The notes under the pieces: generated by a model
Told to the model about the DNA's origin: nothing
The model's input: the letters and a program-made list of their open reading frames with translations, nothing else
Database searches by the model: none
Shown: one piece after another, positions 28,767 to 38,779 of the stretch
Position numbering within the stretch: position 1 is the first letter of the stretch
Layout: each line of letters starts with the position of its first letter
Source: Candidatus Nitrospinota bacterium M3_3B_026
GTDB lineage: Bacteria; Nitrospinota_A; UBA7883; JBPRGF01
DNA length: 64,000 nucleotides
Assembly (NCBI GenBank): GCA_051418015.1
Contig: JBPRGF010000023.1
Location: forward strand, 172,127 to 236,126
Reading direction: 5' to 3'
Translations under genes and position numbers: made by a program

Positions 28767-30203
28767 ATGCCTGAGGACGAAGGCCGCAAAATATACACCG
28801 TCGCGGAGCTTTCCCGCGACATCAAGACCATCCTGGAGGGCGCTTTTTCGAGCGTCTGGGTCGAGGGCGAAGTCTCCAAGTTTTTCGTTCAGCCCGTCTC
28901 CGGGCACGCCTACATAACCATCAAGGACGAACAGGCCGTTCTCAACGCGGTCATGTGGAAGAGCAAGAGAGCCTACCTCAAGTTCGAGCCCAAAATGGGC
29001 GACCTTATCGTCTGCCGCGGCAGGGTGTCGGCCTACGGTAAGCGCAGCGAGTACCAGCTCGTCGTGGAGGCGATGGAGCCAAAGGGGCTGGGGGCGCTTC
29101 AGGCGGCTTTCGAGCAGCTGAAAAAAAAGCTGGCCGCCGAGGGGCTCTTCGACGAGAAACATAAAAAACCGCTTCCCGACATCCCATGGTCCGTCGGCCT
29201 GGTCACGGCTCCGAAGGGCGCGGCCGTCCGCGACATGGCGCGGACGATCAATCGCAGGTTTCCCGGCCTGCGGATAGTTCTCGCCCCGGTTAGAGTGCAG
29301 GGCGAAGGGGCGGCCGAGGAAATCGCGGCGGCGATAAAAGATTTCAATGAGTATGGGAAGGTGGACGTCATCATAGCCGGGCGCGGCGGCGGCTCGCTGG
29401 AGGACCTCTGGGCGTTCAACGAGGAGGTGGTGGCGCGGGCCATATTCGCGTCGAAAATCCCGGTCGTCTCCGCCGTGGGGCACGAGACGGACTTTACGAT
29501 AGCCGACTTCACGGCGGACGTGAGAGCCTCCACGCCCACCGCCGCGGCGGAGCTTGTCGCGCCGGAGAAGGAGACAGTCTACAGGCAGATCGACGATCAC
29601 GCCAGGCGGCTGACCGTGGCCCTTCGCGACATGACGGAGAAATATATTAGAGACGTCGACGAGCTTTACGCAAGGGGGCGACGGGCCGTCGAATCCTCGA
29701 ACCGGGAACTTAAAGAGCGCCTGAACGGCGCCGCGCGCCACCTTGGGGCGCTCAGCCCGATGGCAAGGCTGAAAGAGAGAAAAACCATCGCCGCGACTCT
29801 TTCAAGGCGGCTCGGGAGGTCCGCCGAAAAGGCGACAAAGGAAAAACGAAAAGAGGCGCGGGCGTTCGCCTCAAGACTTTTCGCCTTCAGGCCGGAGCGG
29901 GTGGCGGCCCAGCTTCGCGGCGTACTCGATAAAAACCTCGCCACCCTCGTGGACAGGACGCGGGCGCTCGCCTCCATCAGGCGCGGACGGCTGGAGACGG
30001 CCGCGGGCAGGCTCAACGCCGTCAGCCCCCTGGCGGTGCTCGAGCGCGGGTACAGCATCGTCTCATCGCCCGACGGCAAGAGGGTTTACAGATCGATCAA
30101 AACCCTGAAACCGGGCGACAGGGTCAGGATCCGCATGGCCGACGGCCACACCGGCGCCACGATCAGCGGCGACAGGTCTGAACGGCAGGAAAAACTTTTT
30201 TGA
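28767..30203 (+). CDS. xseA: exodeoxyribonuclease VII large subunit
   Basis: 478 aa. OB-fold N-terminus plus a catalytic domain (GRGGGSLEDLWAFNEE). Confidence 0.9.
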   Translation: MPEDEGRKIYTVAELSRDIKTILEGAFSSVWVEGEVSKFFVQPVSGHAYITIKDEQAVLNAVMWKSKRAYLKFEPKMGDLIVCRGRVSAYGKRSEYQLVVEAMEPKGLGALQAAFEQLKKKLAAEGLFDEKHKKPLPDIPWSVGLVTAPKGAAVRDMARTINRRFPGLRIVLAPVRVQGEGAAEEIAAAIKDFNEYGKVDVIIAGRGGGSLEDLWAFNEEVVARAIFASKIPVVSAVGHETDFTIADFTADVRASTPTAAAELVAPEKETVYRQIDDHARRLTVALRDMTEKYIRDVDELYARGRRAVESSNRELKERLNGAARHLGALSPMARLKERKTIAATLSRRLGRSAEKATKEKRKEARAFASRLFAFRPERVAAQLRGVLDKNLATLVDRTRALASIRRGRLETAAGRLNAVSPLAVLERGYSIVSSPDGKRVYRSIKTLKPGDRVRIRMADGHTGATISGDRSERQEKLF

Positions 30204-30220
30204 TGTGTTAAACTGCGCTC

Positions 30221-30487
30221 ATGGCCGAAAAGGAAAAACCTGAAAAAGAGATGAAGTTCGAGGCGGCTCTGAAACGCCTCGAGGAGATAGTCGGCAAGCT
30301 CGAGGACGGAGACCTCGAGCTCGAAAAATCCATAGAGCTTTTCGAGGAAGGGATCAAGATGGCCAAGACCTGCCAGAAGAAGCTCGACGAAGCGGAAAAG
30401 AAAATAGAGAAACTGGTCAAAGAGCGCGGCGGGGAGCTTGGCGCCGAGCCTCTGGAAGAGATCGGCGAGGAGGACGCGCCGTTCTAG
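30221..30487 (+). CDS. xseB: exodeoxyribonuclease VII small subunit
   Basis: 88 aa (FEAALKRLEEIVGKLEDGDLELE). Confidence 0.85.
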   Translation: MAEKEKPEKEMKFEAALKRLEEIVGKLEDGDLELEKSIELFEEGIKMAKTCQKKLDEAEKKIEKLVKERGGELGAEPLEEIGEEDAPF

Positions 30488-30537
30488 CCCATGCCCGCGT
30501 CATATAACCATCCGTCCGGCCGGCTCTTCCAGCGCGA

Positions 30538-31431
30538 TTGATGCCTCTTACAAGGTATTTCGCTGAAATAAAAGAACAGGTTGACGTCGAGCTTGACCGC
30601 CTCGTCCCGGACGAGACGACGCGCCCAGCCGCGCTGATAAAAGCCATGCGCCACTCCCTTTTCGCCGGGGGCAAGCGCCTGCGCCCAATACTGGCCGTGG
30701 CGGCGGCGGAGGCCGTCGACGGCTCCCGCGAAGCCGTCATGCCCTTCGCGGCGGCGGTGGAGATCATCCACACCTACACCCTCATCCACGACGACCTTCC
30801 CGCCCTGGACGACGACGACACCAGGCGCGGCGCGGCGACATGCCATGTCAAGTTCGGCGAGGCCACGGCCATACTGGCCGGCGACGCTCTCCTGACGCTG
30901 GCCTTCGAAGTGATGACAGACTCTAAAAATTTTCCCGGCGCGGAGGCGGCCATGCTTCTCGACGTGGCCAGGGAGACGGCGGAGGCCATCGGCTCCACAG
31001 GCACGATCGGCGGGCAGGTGGTGGACCTCGAGATGGAGGGCAAGGAAGCGGACATGGCCGCGCTCGAGTATATCCATACGCACAAGACCGGAAAACTCAT
31101 CGTGGCGTCTATCAGAGGCGGCGCAAGGCTCGGCGGCGCGGAGGAGGACAGGCTGGAGGCGCTGACCGTCTACGGCAAGAACGTTGGGCTGGCCTTCCAG
31201 GTGGTGGATGACATCCTGGACGTTGAGGGAGACGCGGAAAAGCTCGGAAAGGCGGCGGGAGCGGACGCGAAAAAGAAGAAGGCGACATACCCTTCGCTCA
31301 TGGGCGTCGAGGAGTCCCGCAAGCTCGCCGCAAGGCTCATCGACAGGGCGATAGCGGCCTTGGATATGCTGGGAGACAGCGGGGAGAAGCTCTCGGACCT
31401 GGCGCGATACGTTATAGCCCGCGCCTTCTAG
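30538..31431 (+). CDS. ispA: polyprenyl (farnesyl/geranylgeranyl) diphosphate synthase
   Basis: FARM motif LIHDDLPALDDDDTRRG and SARM motif VVDDILD. Follows xseAB, the conserved gene order. Confidence 0.85.
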   Translation: MMPLTRYFAEIKEQVDVELDRLVPDETTRPAALIKAMRHSLFAGGKRLRPILAVAAAEAVDGSREAVMPFAAAVEIIHTYTLIHDDLPALDDDDTRRGAATCHVKFGEATAILAGDALLTLAFEVMTDSKNFPGAEAAMLLDVARETAEAIGSTGTIGGQVVDLEMEGKEADMAALEYIHTHKTGKLIVASIRGGARLGGAEEDRLEALTVYGKNVGLAFQVVDDILDVEGDAEKLGKAAGADAKKKKATYPSLMGVEESRKLAARLIDRAIAALDMLGDSGEKLSDLARYVIARAF

Positions 31432-31530
31432 GGCCGCCCGGCGCGCCGCGGAAACCGGGCGGCGTGGAAAGCGAAAAGGAGCTTATATTAAGCTATGTGA
31501 CTATCACCAAACGACGCTGCGGCTTCCGGC

Positions 31531-32676
31531 ATGAATGAACACCACGGACAGAACAACGGCGCCAGGCTGATGGACTCGTCCGGTCTGGACGCGCTCATCG
31601 CCGCCCTTGTCCGTGAGGGCCGCCGGGTCGTGGGGCCGGTGATCCGGGACGGGGCCATACTCCTCGACGAGATCAACGGCGTCGAAGACCTGCCGCGCGG
31701 CGTGTCGGACGAGCAGGACGCCGCATTCTACCGGCTCCGCGAGACCGGTGGGAATACCCTTTTCGGATATAACGCAGGCCCCCAACTCTGGAAAAAGTTT
31801 CTGTTTCCCCCGAGGCTTACTTTGTGGACGGCGAAGCGGAACGGCCAAGGCTTCGAGATCGAGCCGGACGGGGGGGAACCTGAGAAACTCGCCCTCCTCG
31901 GCGTCCGGCCCTGCGATCTGGCGGCGATAAGGATACAGGACAGGGTCTTCGCGGATGGCGAATTCAAGGACCTCTCATATGCGACGCGAAGGCGAAATAT
32001 TTTCGCCATCGCCGTGAACTGCTCCCGCGCCGGGGGGACGTGCTTTTGCGCCTCCATGGGGACGGGACCGAAAGCTTCCGGTGAGTTCGACATCGCGCTC
32101 ACGGAGATAGAAGACGAAGTGGGCCATCGTTTCCTGCTTGAAACAGGCTCGGCCGAAGGCGAAAGAGTTCTCGAAAACACATCCACCACGAAAGCCAGCG
32201 AGAACGACCTCATCGCCGCGAAGGCGATTCTCGAAAAGACCTCCCGGAGCATGGGCAGGAGGCTTGAAACGGAGGGCCTGAAAGAGATTTTGTACGAGTC
32301 CGCCGAAGGCAGGATTTGGGAGGACGCGGCTGAAAGATGCCTCGCCTGCGCTAATTGTACGATGGTGTGCCCCACCTGTTTTTGCTCCACGGTGGAGGAC
32401 ATGACGGATCTTTCCGGCGATTTCACGAGGCGGGAGCGGCGCTGGGACTCGTGCTTCACGCTGGATTTTTCCTACATCCACGGCGGGCCCGTCAGGAGGA
32501 CGCGCGCGGCCCGGTACCGCCACTGGATAACCCATAAGCTAGCGTCGTGGATGGACCAGTTCGGGACGGCCGGGTGCACAGGGTGCGGGCGCTGCATCAC
32601 ATGGTGCCCCGCGGCGATAGACATTACGAAAGAGGCCCGGGCGGCGCGGGACGCGGCGGCCCGGGAGAAAGTATGA
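31531..32676 (+). CDS. NiFe hydrogenase (group 3b-like) beta subunit, AsrA-like Fe-S protein
   Basis: 381 aa with two C-terminal 4Fe-4S motifs (CLACANCTMVCPTCFC, CTGCGRCITWCP). First gene of a beta-gamma-small-large gene order. Confidence 0.7.
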   Translation: MNEHHGQNNGARLMDSSGLDALIAALVREGRRVVGPVIRDGAILLDEINGVEDLPRGVSDEQDAAFYRLRETGGNTLFGYNAGPQLWKKFLFPPRLTLWTAKRNGQGFEIEPDGGEPEKLALLGVRPCDLAAIRIQDRVFADGEFKDLSYATRRRNIFAIAVNCSRAGGTCFCASMGTGPKASGEFDIALTEIEDEVGHRFLLETGSAEGERVLENTSTTKASENDLIAAKAILEKTSRSMGRRLETEGLKEILYESAEGRIWEDAAERCLACANCTMVCPTCFCSTVEDMTDLSGDFTRRERRWDSCFTLDFSYIHGGPVRRTRAARYRHWITHKLASWMDQFGTAGCTGCGRCITWCPAAIDITKEARAARDAAAREKV

Positions 32677-32698
32677 TTTTTCAAGGGGAGACGAGGCG

Positions 32699-33166
32699 AT
32701 GAGACCAAAATCCCTTGCGCCGGTACTGGAGGGGCACCCGTTCCTTGAGGGGATGGAGAAAAAGCACATCGACCTGATCGTGGGATGCGCCAAAAACGTC
32801 CGCTTCAACGCCGGGGACTACATCTTCCGCGAAGGCGAAGCGGCGAACGATTTCTACATCATCCGCCGGGGCCTCGTCTCGGTGGAGCTTTACAGCCCCC
32901 GGAAAGGCCCCATCTCCATCCAGACCCTTCGCGACGGCGACATACTCGGCTGGTCGTGGCTCATACCGCCACACCAGTGGCGGTTCGACGCGCGGGCGGT
33001 GGAGACAACGAGGGCCATAGCGCTGGACGGCGGATGCCTGCGCGGGAAGCTGGAGGACGACCACGGCCTCGGCTACCAGCTGCTGAAAAGATTCTCCCGG
33101 GTCATGGCAAAGACGCTCGAGGGCACGAGGCTCCAGCTGCTGGACCTTTACGGCGAAGGCGCATGA
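32699..33166 (+). CDS. stand-alone cyclic nucleotide-binding domain protein (no DNA-binding domain)
   Basis: 155 aa with a cNMP-binding fold (GDYIFREGEAANDFYIIRRGLVSVEL, GDILGWSWL). GGGGAG RBS. Its stop overlaps the ATG of the next gene (ATGA). Confidence 0.65.
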   Translation: MRPKSLAPVLEGHPFLEGMEKKHIDLIVGCAKNVRFNAGDYIFREGEAANDFYIIRRGLVSVELYSPRKGPISIQTLRDGDILGWSWLIPPHQWRFDARAVETTRAIALDGGCLRGKLEDDHGLGYQLLKRFSRVMAKTLEGTRLQLLDLYGEGA

Positions 33167-34017
33167 CGACGCCCGTTTCCATCAATCCCGGAGCGGACGC
33201 GGCGATCCCCGTTCCCTGGATGGTGACGGCCAGGAGGGAGCAGACGCGCGACGTCTTCACCCTCGAGCTTGCCCCGCCCGCCGGGATGGACGGTCTCCGG
33301 TTCGCGCCGGGCCAGTTCAACATGCTGTACCAGTTCGGCGCGGGCGAGGCGCCGATCTCCATCAGCGGCGACCCAGCGAGGACCGGCGCGCTGGAGCACA
33401 CGATCCGGGCCGTCGGCGGCGTGACAAGGCTTATGGCCAGCCTTAGGGAAGGAGACGCCATCGGCGTCCGGGGCCCATACGGGCGTGGATGGCCGATGCC
33501 TGAGGCGGAGGGGAAAGACGTCGTCATCGCCGCGGGCGGGATCGGGCTGGCCCCGCTGCGCCCGGCGGTTCTTGGCATACTGGCGGAGCGGGAAAAATTT
33601 GGAAGAGTCGTCCTGTTTTACGGCGCGCGATCCGACGAGGACATAGTCTTCGAAGACGACCTGCGGGAATGGCGGTCGAGGTTCGACATGGAGATCGAGG
33701 TGACCGTCGACCGGGGGTCCGGCGGATGGCGCGGACCCGTCGGCGTCGTCACACAGCTTATTCCGCGGGCCGCCTTTGATCCCGCGAAAACGCTGGCCAT
33801 GATATGCGGGCCGGAGGTGATGGCGAAGTTCACCGTGTCGGAGTTTTTAAGGCTCGGCGTTGAGCCGGGGAGGATATACGTCTCCATGGAACGGAGCATG
33901 AAATGCGGAGTCGGCCTTTGCGGGCATTGCCAGATGGGCCCGCTTTTCGTCTGCAAGGACGGGCCGGTTTTCACCTATGACAGCATCCGCCGCCTCATGG
34001 CTCTGCGGGAGATATAG
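33163..34017 (+). CDS. NiFe hydrogenase gamma subunit, AsrB-like FAD/NAD(P)-binding 2Fe-2S oxidoreductase
   Basis: 284 aa. FAD-binding barrel (RDVFTLEL...GQFNMLY), an NAD-binding region (VVIAAGGIGLAPL), and a C-terminal 2Fe-2S Cys cluster (CGVGLCGHCQMGPLFVCKDGPVF). The ORF call at 32785 is a spurious extension. Confidence 0.75.
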   Translation: MTTPVSINPGADAAIPVPWMVTARREQTRDVFTLELAPPAGMDGLRFAPGQFNMLYQFGAGEAPISISGDPARTGALEHTIRAVGGVTRLMASLREGDAIGVRGPYGRGWPMPEAEGKDVVIAAGGIGLAPLRPAVLGILAEREKFGRVVLFYGARSDEDIVFEDDLREWRSRFDMEIEVTVDRGSGGWRGPVGVVTQLIPRAAFDPAKTLAMICGPEVMAKFTVSEFLRLGVEPGRIYVSMERSMKCGVGLCGHCQMGPLFVCKDGPVFTYDSIRRLMALREI

Positions 34018-34782
34018 ATGAAAAAGAAACTGGCCGTCTTCAAGTTCGCCTCATGCGACGGCTGCCAGCTTTCGCTTCTCAACCTGGAGGACGAGCTTCT
34101 GGCCATCGCCGGCGCCATCGACATCGCCTATTTCCCCGAGGCGTCGCGGGAGTACGTCAAGGGGCCTTACGACCTTTCCCTGGTGGAAGGCTCCATAACC
34201 ACCTCCCACGACGCGGAGCGGATCCAGAAGGTGAGGGAAAACTCGAAATTCCTCGTGACCATCGGCGCCTGCGCGACGGCGGGGGGCATCCAGGCGCTCC
34301 GGAATTTTCAGGACGTAAACGAGTTCATATCCGTGGTCTATGCCTCGCCGGAGTATATCAGCGCGCTCGGCGAGTCCACGCCCATCGCCGATCACGTCGC
34401 CGTGGACTTCGAGCTTCGCGGCTGCCCCGTGAACAAAGGGCAGCTGCTGGAGGTCGTAACGGCCTTCATCCACGGGAGAGCGCCAAAAGTCCCGGCCCAC
34501 AGCGTCTGCCTGGACTGCAAGCTGGCGGGGAACGTCTGCGTGATGGTGGCCCGGAGTGAGCCGTGTCTTGGGCCCGTGACCCACACAGGCTGCGGCGCGC
34601 TCTGCCCGGCGTATCATCGCGGCTGCTACGGCTGTTTCGGGCCGATGGAGACGCCGAACACGCGCTCCATGGGCGGGCGGCTGAAGGCGCTGGGGCTTTC
34701 GGGGGAGGACGTCGTCCGCTCTTTCCGGGGCTTCAACGCCTGGGCGGAGGATTTCAGGGAGGCCGGCGGGGAGGATGAGTGA
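34018..34782 (+). CDS. NiFe hydrogenase small (delta) subunit
   Basis: 254 aa. Proximal-cluster Cys pattern [27 protein letters not shown]. Confidence 0.8.
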   Translation: MKKKLAVFKFASCDGCQLSLLNLEDELLAIAGAIDIAYFPEASREYVKGPYDLSLVEGSITTSHDAERIQKVRENSKFLVTIGACATAGGIQALRNFQDVNEFISVVYASPEYISALGESTPIADHVAVDFELRGCPVNKGQLLEVVTAFIHGRAPKVPAHSVCLDCKLAGNVCVMVARSEPCLGPVTHTGCGALCPAYHRGCYGCFGPMETPNTRSMGGRLKALGLSGEDVVRSFRGFNAWAEDFREAGGEDE

Positions 34783-36070
34783 AACCAGGAAGATAAGGGT
34801 GGACTACCTCGCCCGCGTCGAGGGAGAGGGGGCTATGACATTGAAGATAAAGGACGGCGCCGTCTCCGGCGTGGCCCTTGAGATATTCGAGCCGCCACGC
34901 TTTTTCGAGGCTTTTTTGAGGGGGCGGAGATTCCAGGAAGCGCCGGACATCACCGCCCGGATATGCGGCATATGCCCCATCGCCTACCAGATGAGCGCCG
35001 TCCACGCCATGGAGGACGCGCTGGGGGTCGCCGTCGACGGGGCCACGAGGGATCTTCGCAGGCTGATCTACTGCGGCGAGTGGATAGAAAGCCACGCCCT
35101 CCACGTCTACATGCTCCATGCCCCCGATTTCCTCGGGTACGAAAGCGCCATCCACATGGCAAAAGACCACCCGGAAATAGTAAAACGCGGTCTTTTTATA
35201 AAGAAGGCGGGCAACGCCATCGTCTCGCTTCTTGGCGGCAGGGAGGTTCACCCCATAAACGTCCGGGTGGGGGGTTTTTACAGGTTGCCGCGAGCTGGCG
35301 AGCTTTCCGGCCTGGAGGAGACTCTCAAAAGAGCCAGGGACGAGGCCGTGGAAACCGTGAAATGGGCCGCCGCCCTCCCCTTCCCCGAGTTTGAGAGGGA
35401 TTATGTCTTCGTGGCGTTGTCTCATGAAAGAGAGTATCCCTTCAACGAGGGAAGAATCACCTCCACCGGCGGGCTCGACATCCCTGTCAGCGACTACGAA
35501 AAACATTTCGAGGAGGAGCACGCCGCCCATTCCACGGCCCTGCGCTCGAAGATAAAGGGAGGCGGCGCGTACATGACCGGGCCGATGGCGCGGTATAGCA
35601 TCAACTTCGGGAAGCTGCGGCCGATAGCGGTGGAAACGGCGCGGGCGGCGGGCCTTGCGCCGTACATCACGAACCCGTACAAGAGCATAGCCGTCCGCGC
35701 CGTGGAGATTCTCCACGCCATAGACGAGGCGCTGCGGATCATCGGGGACGGAAAGCTTCCCGAAAAGCCGTTCGTGGAGGCGGAGCCCTCCGAGTCCACG
35801 GGATACGGCGCGACGGAGGCGCCGCGGGGGCTTCTCTACCACAGGTACACGCTTGACGAGAGCGGGCTGATAACGAGCGCCAGGATCGTCCCCCCCACGT
35901 CGCAGAACCAGCGGATAATCGAGGAGGACCTTTTCAAGGCCGCCTCCGAAAACCTCCGCCTGCCCGACGATGAGCTTACGTTACGGCTGGAACAGACGAT
36001 AAGGAACTATGACCCGTGCATATCCTGCTCCACGCATTTTCTGAAGCTGAAAATAGAACATGAACGGTAA
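34775..36070 (+). CDS. NiFe hydrogenase large (alpha) subunit
   Basis: N-terminal L1 motif RICGICP. C-terminal L2 motif DPCISCSTH followed by a 10-aa cleavable tail. Confidence 0.9.
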   Translation: MSETRKIRVDYLARVEGEGAMTLKIKDGAVSGVALEIFEPPRFFEAFLRGRRFQEAPDITARICGICPIAYQMSAVHAMEDALGVAVDGATRDLRRLIYCGEWIESHALHVYMLHAPDFLGYESAIHMAKDHPEIVKRGLFIKKAGNAIVSLLGGREVHPINVRVGGFYRLPRAGELSGLEETLKRARDEAVETVKWAAALPFPEFERDYVFVALSHEREYPFNEGRITSTGGLDIPVSDYEKHFEEEHAAHSTALRSKIKGGGAYMTGPMARYSINFGKLRPIAVETARAAGLAPYITNPYKSIAVRAVEILHAIDEALRIIGDGKLPEKPFVEAEPSESTGYGATEAPRGLLYHRYTLDESGLITSARIVPPTSQNQRIIEEDLFKAASENLRLPDDELTLRLEQTIRNYDPCISCSTHFLKLKIEHER

Positions 36071-36536
36071 GGTCCTCATAGGCGTCGGGTCCGAGGATCG
36101 CGGCGACGACGCCGCAGGGCTCAGGATCGTCCGCGCCCTCAGGGACATGGTTCCCAGGAGCGTCGAGGTGGTGGAGGCGCCGGGCGAGGGAGCGCGTATA
36201 ATGGAGGCTTGGCAGGGTTTTCATTTCACGCGGGTGTTCGACGCCGTCTCCTCCGGCGCGCCGCCGGGGACGATCGTAAAGCTCGACCCGCGTAAGGACC
36301 CCTTTCCCGCGGCCTTTTTTCGCAGTTCCTCCCACACTTTCGGCCTGGCGGAGGCGGTGGAGCTTGCGCGGTCGCTCGGCGCTCTTCCGCCGTCTCTCAT
36401 GATCTACGGGGTGGAGGGGAAGGACTACGGGCTGGGGCGGGGGCTCTCGGCGGAGGTGTCCGCCGCCGTGGATGAGATCGTGGAGATGGTCAAAAAGGAG
36501 ATGCTCTCTTCGCCATCCATGGGAGATGATGGCTAG
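36060..36536 (+). CDS. hydrogenase maturation endopeptidase (HycI/HoxW family)
   Basis: 158 aa ([17 protein letters not shown]). Overlaps the large-subunit stop. Confidence 0.8.
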   Translation: MNGKVLIGVGSEDRGDDAAGLRIVRALRDMVPRSVEVVEAPGEGARIMEAWQGFHFTRVFDAVSSGAPPGTIVKLDPRKDPFPAAFFRSSSHTFGLAEAVELARSLGALPPSLMIYGVEGKDYGLGRGLSAEVSAAVDEIVEMVKKEMLSSPSMGDDG

Positions 36537-37054
36537 GACTTGGAGAACCGCTCCGACACGGAGTCGAAGCCTATGACCACCTTGTCGCGGCTTTCGAGGG
36601 TGACCGTCCCTTCGAAAGAGTGGCCGAACGTCTCGTCCCCGTCCCTGGTGTCCTTTATGGCCACTTTTATCGCATGCGAGCCGAGGGGCAGGATGAACTT
36701 CTCGTAGACATACGTGGCGCTGTCCTGCCTTATGCCCGATGGGACGATCTGCTTGTCCAGGGCGGTTTCGCCGTCGATCCACACCTTGAGCCGCAGGGGG
36801 ACGCGTTCCCGGCTGCCGCAAACCCTGTCCGCCCGCTGCATGTGCGGGCGTCTCAGCTTGGCCTCCTTTTTGAACTCTTCGAGCTCCTCCTCGTCGCACA
36901 GGCTCCTGCGCTCGGTCACTCTCTTGAACGATATGATGACCCCCCCCACGTCGTCGCTGTAATAGCTGTAGGACGGCGAGTCGGAAAGAAAATACACCAG
37001 CGGCGCGGGGGACAAAAGCAGGATCACGGCCCAGACCGTCAGTCTATCCTTCAT
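36533..37054 (-). CDS. hypothetical secreted protein
   Basis: 173 aa with an N-terminal signal-like helix. Last gene of the minus-strand oxidase operon. Its stop overlaps the protease stop (convergent). Confidence 0.4.
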   Translation of the reverse strand: MKDRLTVWAVILLLSPAPLVYFLSDSPSYSYYSDDVGGVIISFKRVTERRSLCDEEELEEFKKEAKLRRPHMQRADRVCGSRERVPLRLKVWIDGETALDKQIVPSGIRQDSATYVYEKFILPLGSHAIKVAIKDTRDGDETFGHSFEGTVTLESRDKVVIGFDSVSERFSKS

Positions 37055-38730
37055 TTCAGCGCGCCCTCCATGTCGTTGGCGGCGGTCTTTCCGCCGGATG
37101 GTTTTCTGACGATCTCCAGGAACTTCTTTATGTCCGCCACCACTTCCTCGTCCTCAAACCTCGACACCAGCATGACTTTTATCCGCTCCCCCGCGCTCTC
37201 GTCCACTCCGGTGATGTTCGCCGGGTCCGTCGCCTCCTCGATCCGCTCGTTGCCTTCCCTGTAATGGCAGTCCAGCGGCCTGCAGCCCACGACCACGACC
37301 CCCTTCGCGCCGTCCTTGAACGCCGCTCCCACAAGGTCCGGCTCCAGGACGCCGGCGCAGGGGATGACCATCACGGCCGCCGCGGGCTCGCCGGCAAGGC
37401 TTCTCTCGTCGTCCGACAGGACGTTCGAGAGGGTCATGCTCCGCTCGCACATGAAGCAGAGGATGACCGGCTTCTCCCCCTCCGCGGGCGCCATAAGGGA
37501 CTTTATGTCCTCCAGCATCGAATCCCGCGTCATCTCCCCCATGGATATCCCGGACGTGGGGCACGCCGTCACGCAGAACCCGCATCCCTCGCACCGCGCC
37601 GGGAATATTTCCACCTGTGTGTCGTATGGTCTTCCGTCCGTTCTGGGAGTTATGCTCACCGCCTCGAAAGGGCAGACCGGCTGGCAGAGGTTGCATCCTT
37701 TGCATTTTTCAAGGTCTACCAGCGCGAACTGTTTTCGGGCTTTTTTTTTTGCCGCCGCCTTTCGCTTCTCACGCTCCAGCGCCGGCGCGGGGATGAGCCA
37801 TGGCAGGGCCGTGAAAAGCGCGAGGGCCGCGGAGCCGGCGATCCACATCGCGCCGGGGGCGACCCTGAAGGCGTCCATGAAGGGGAACGGGATCAGGTAG
37901 AACCAGTCTATCTCCACTCTTCCTAAAAGCTTCGAAAGGTCCGCGGGTCCCATACTGACGGCCGGTTTCACGAGGGAGAGGCCCAGCAGGCCCGCCAGTA
38001 TGACCAACGCCACCGGCCGCGGCGGGGAGATCAGGGGCCTGGAAAGGCGCATGTAGTGGATCCAGGCCATTATCAACAGGAAACAGGGGATCATGAGATG
38101 CAGGTAGTTGGTCACGAAAAAGAGCACGCTCGTGACCGTCTCGTTGGTCAGGAACGTCCTGGAGACGGGCTCCACGGTGATGGGGAGGGCGTCCAGCAGG
38201 CGGGCGAACTCCACGGCCACCATCTTCCCCTTCTCGTCCCACACCAGCACGTAGCCGGATATCCCCTCGAACCAGACCCAGAACAGGATCACCGAGCCGG
38301 AGACCCACGCCACCCATCTAGCGCGCCTGAACCGGTCGGAGAAAAAGACCTGGGCCACGTGCAGAAGGATGGATATGGCCAGCCCGTCGGCGGCGTAGCG
38401 GTGCATGGAGCGCATTATGCCGCCGTAATATTTCTGCTCCTTGGTGATGTATTGTACGGACTCGTAGGCCCCTTCCACGCTCATATCGTAAAAGAGGAAC
38501 AGGTATGACCCGGTGATGATGAGGATCCAGAACAGGAACAGGGATATGGCCCCGAGGAAGTACATGGGGTTCAGCCTCGGCGGGAAGATCTTGTTCAGCT
38601 GCTCCTGGATGAAGACCAGCGTCGTGTTGCCGGGCCGCAATATCCAGGGGATAAGCTCATTCTGGTACGTCTTGGAGGCCCTTTTCAGGGACCTTTCGAG
38701 TTCTCTCTCCTTGTCCGTGTCTTGTCTCAT
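37051..38730 (-). CDS. fusion protein: di-haem cytochrome b6-like membrane domain + 2x[4Fe-4S] ferredoxin + MvhD-like (FlpD) domain
   Basis: Cytochrome b His pairs 14 residues apart (MHRYAADGLAISILLH and YLHLMIPCFLLIMAWIH) and a b6-like GYVLVWD motif. Two CxxCxxCxxxCP motifs (CKGCNLCQPVCP, CEGCGFCVTACP). MvhD signature GCRPLDCHYREGN. Confidence 0.7.
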   Translation of the reverse strand: MRQDTDKERELERSLKRASKTYQNELIPWILRPGNTTLVFIQEQLNKIFPPRLNPMYFLGAISLFLFWILIITGSYLFLFYDMSVEGAYESVQYITKEQKYYGGIMRSMHRYAADGLAISILLHVAQVFFSDRFRRARWVAWVSGSVILFWVWFEGISGYVLVWDEKGKMVAVEFARLLDALPITVEPVSRTFLTNETVTSVLFFVTNYLHLMIPCFLLIMAWIHYMRLSRPLISPPRPVALVILAGLLGLSLVKPAVSMGPADLSKLLGRVEIDWFYLIPFPFMDAFRVAPGAMWIAGSAALALFTALPWLIPAPALEREKRKAAAKKKARKQFALVDLEKCKGCNLCQPVCPFEAVSITPRTDGRPYDTQVEIFPARCEGCGFCVTACPTSGISMGEMTRDSMLEDIKSLMAPAEGEKPVILCFMCERSMTLSNVLSDDERSLAGEPAAAVMVIPCAGVLEPDLVGAAFKDGAKGVVVVGCRPLDCHYREGNERIEEATDPANITGVDESAGERIKVMLVSRFEDEEVVADIKKFLEIVRKPSGGKTAANDMEGALK

Positions 38731-38779
38731 GTCAAGTGTAGATTCGATAACTGCGTGGCGGATTCGGCGCTGGTCTCAC

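Noticed and set aside
32785-34017. 410-aa call for the hydrogenase gamma subunit
   Set aside because: The N-terminal 126 aa overlap the cNMP-binding gene in another frame. The true start, MTTPVSINP, is at 33163, coupled to the upstream stop.
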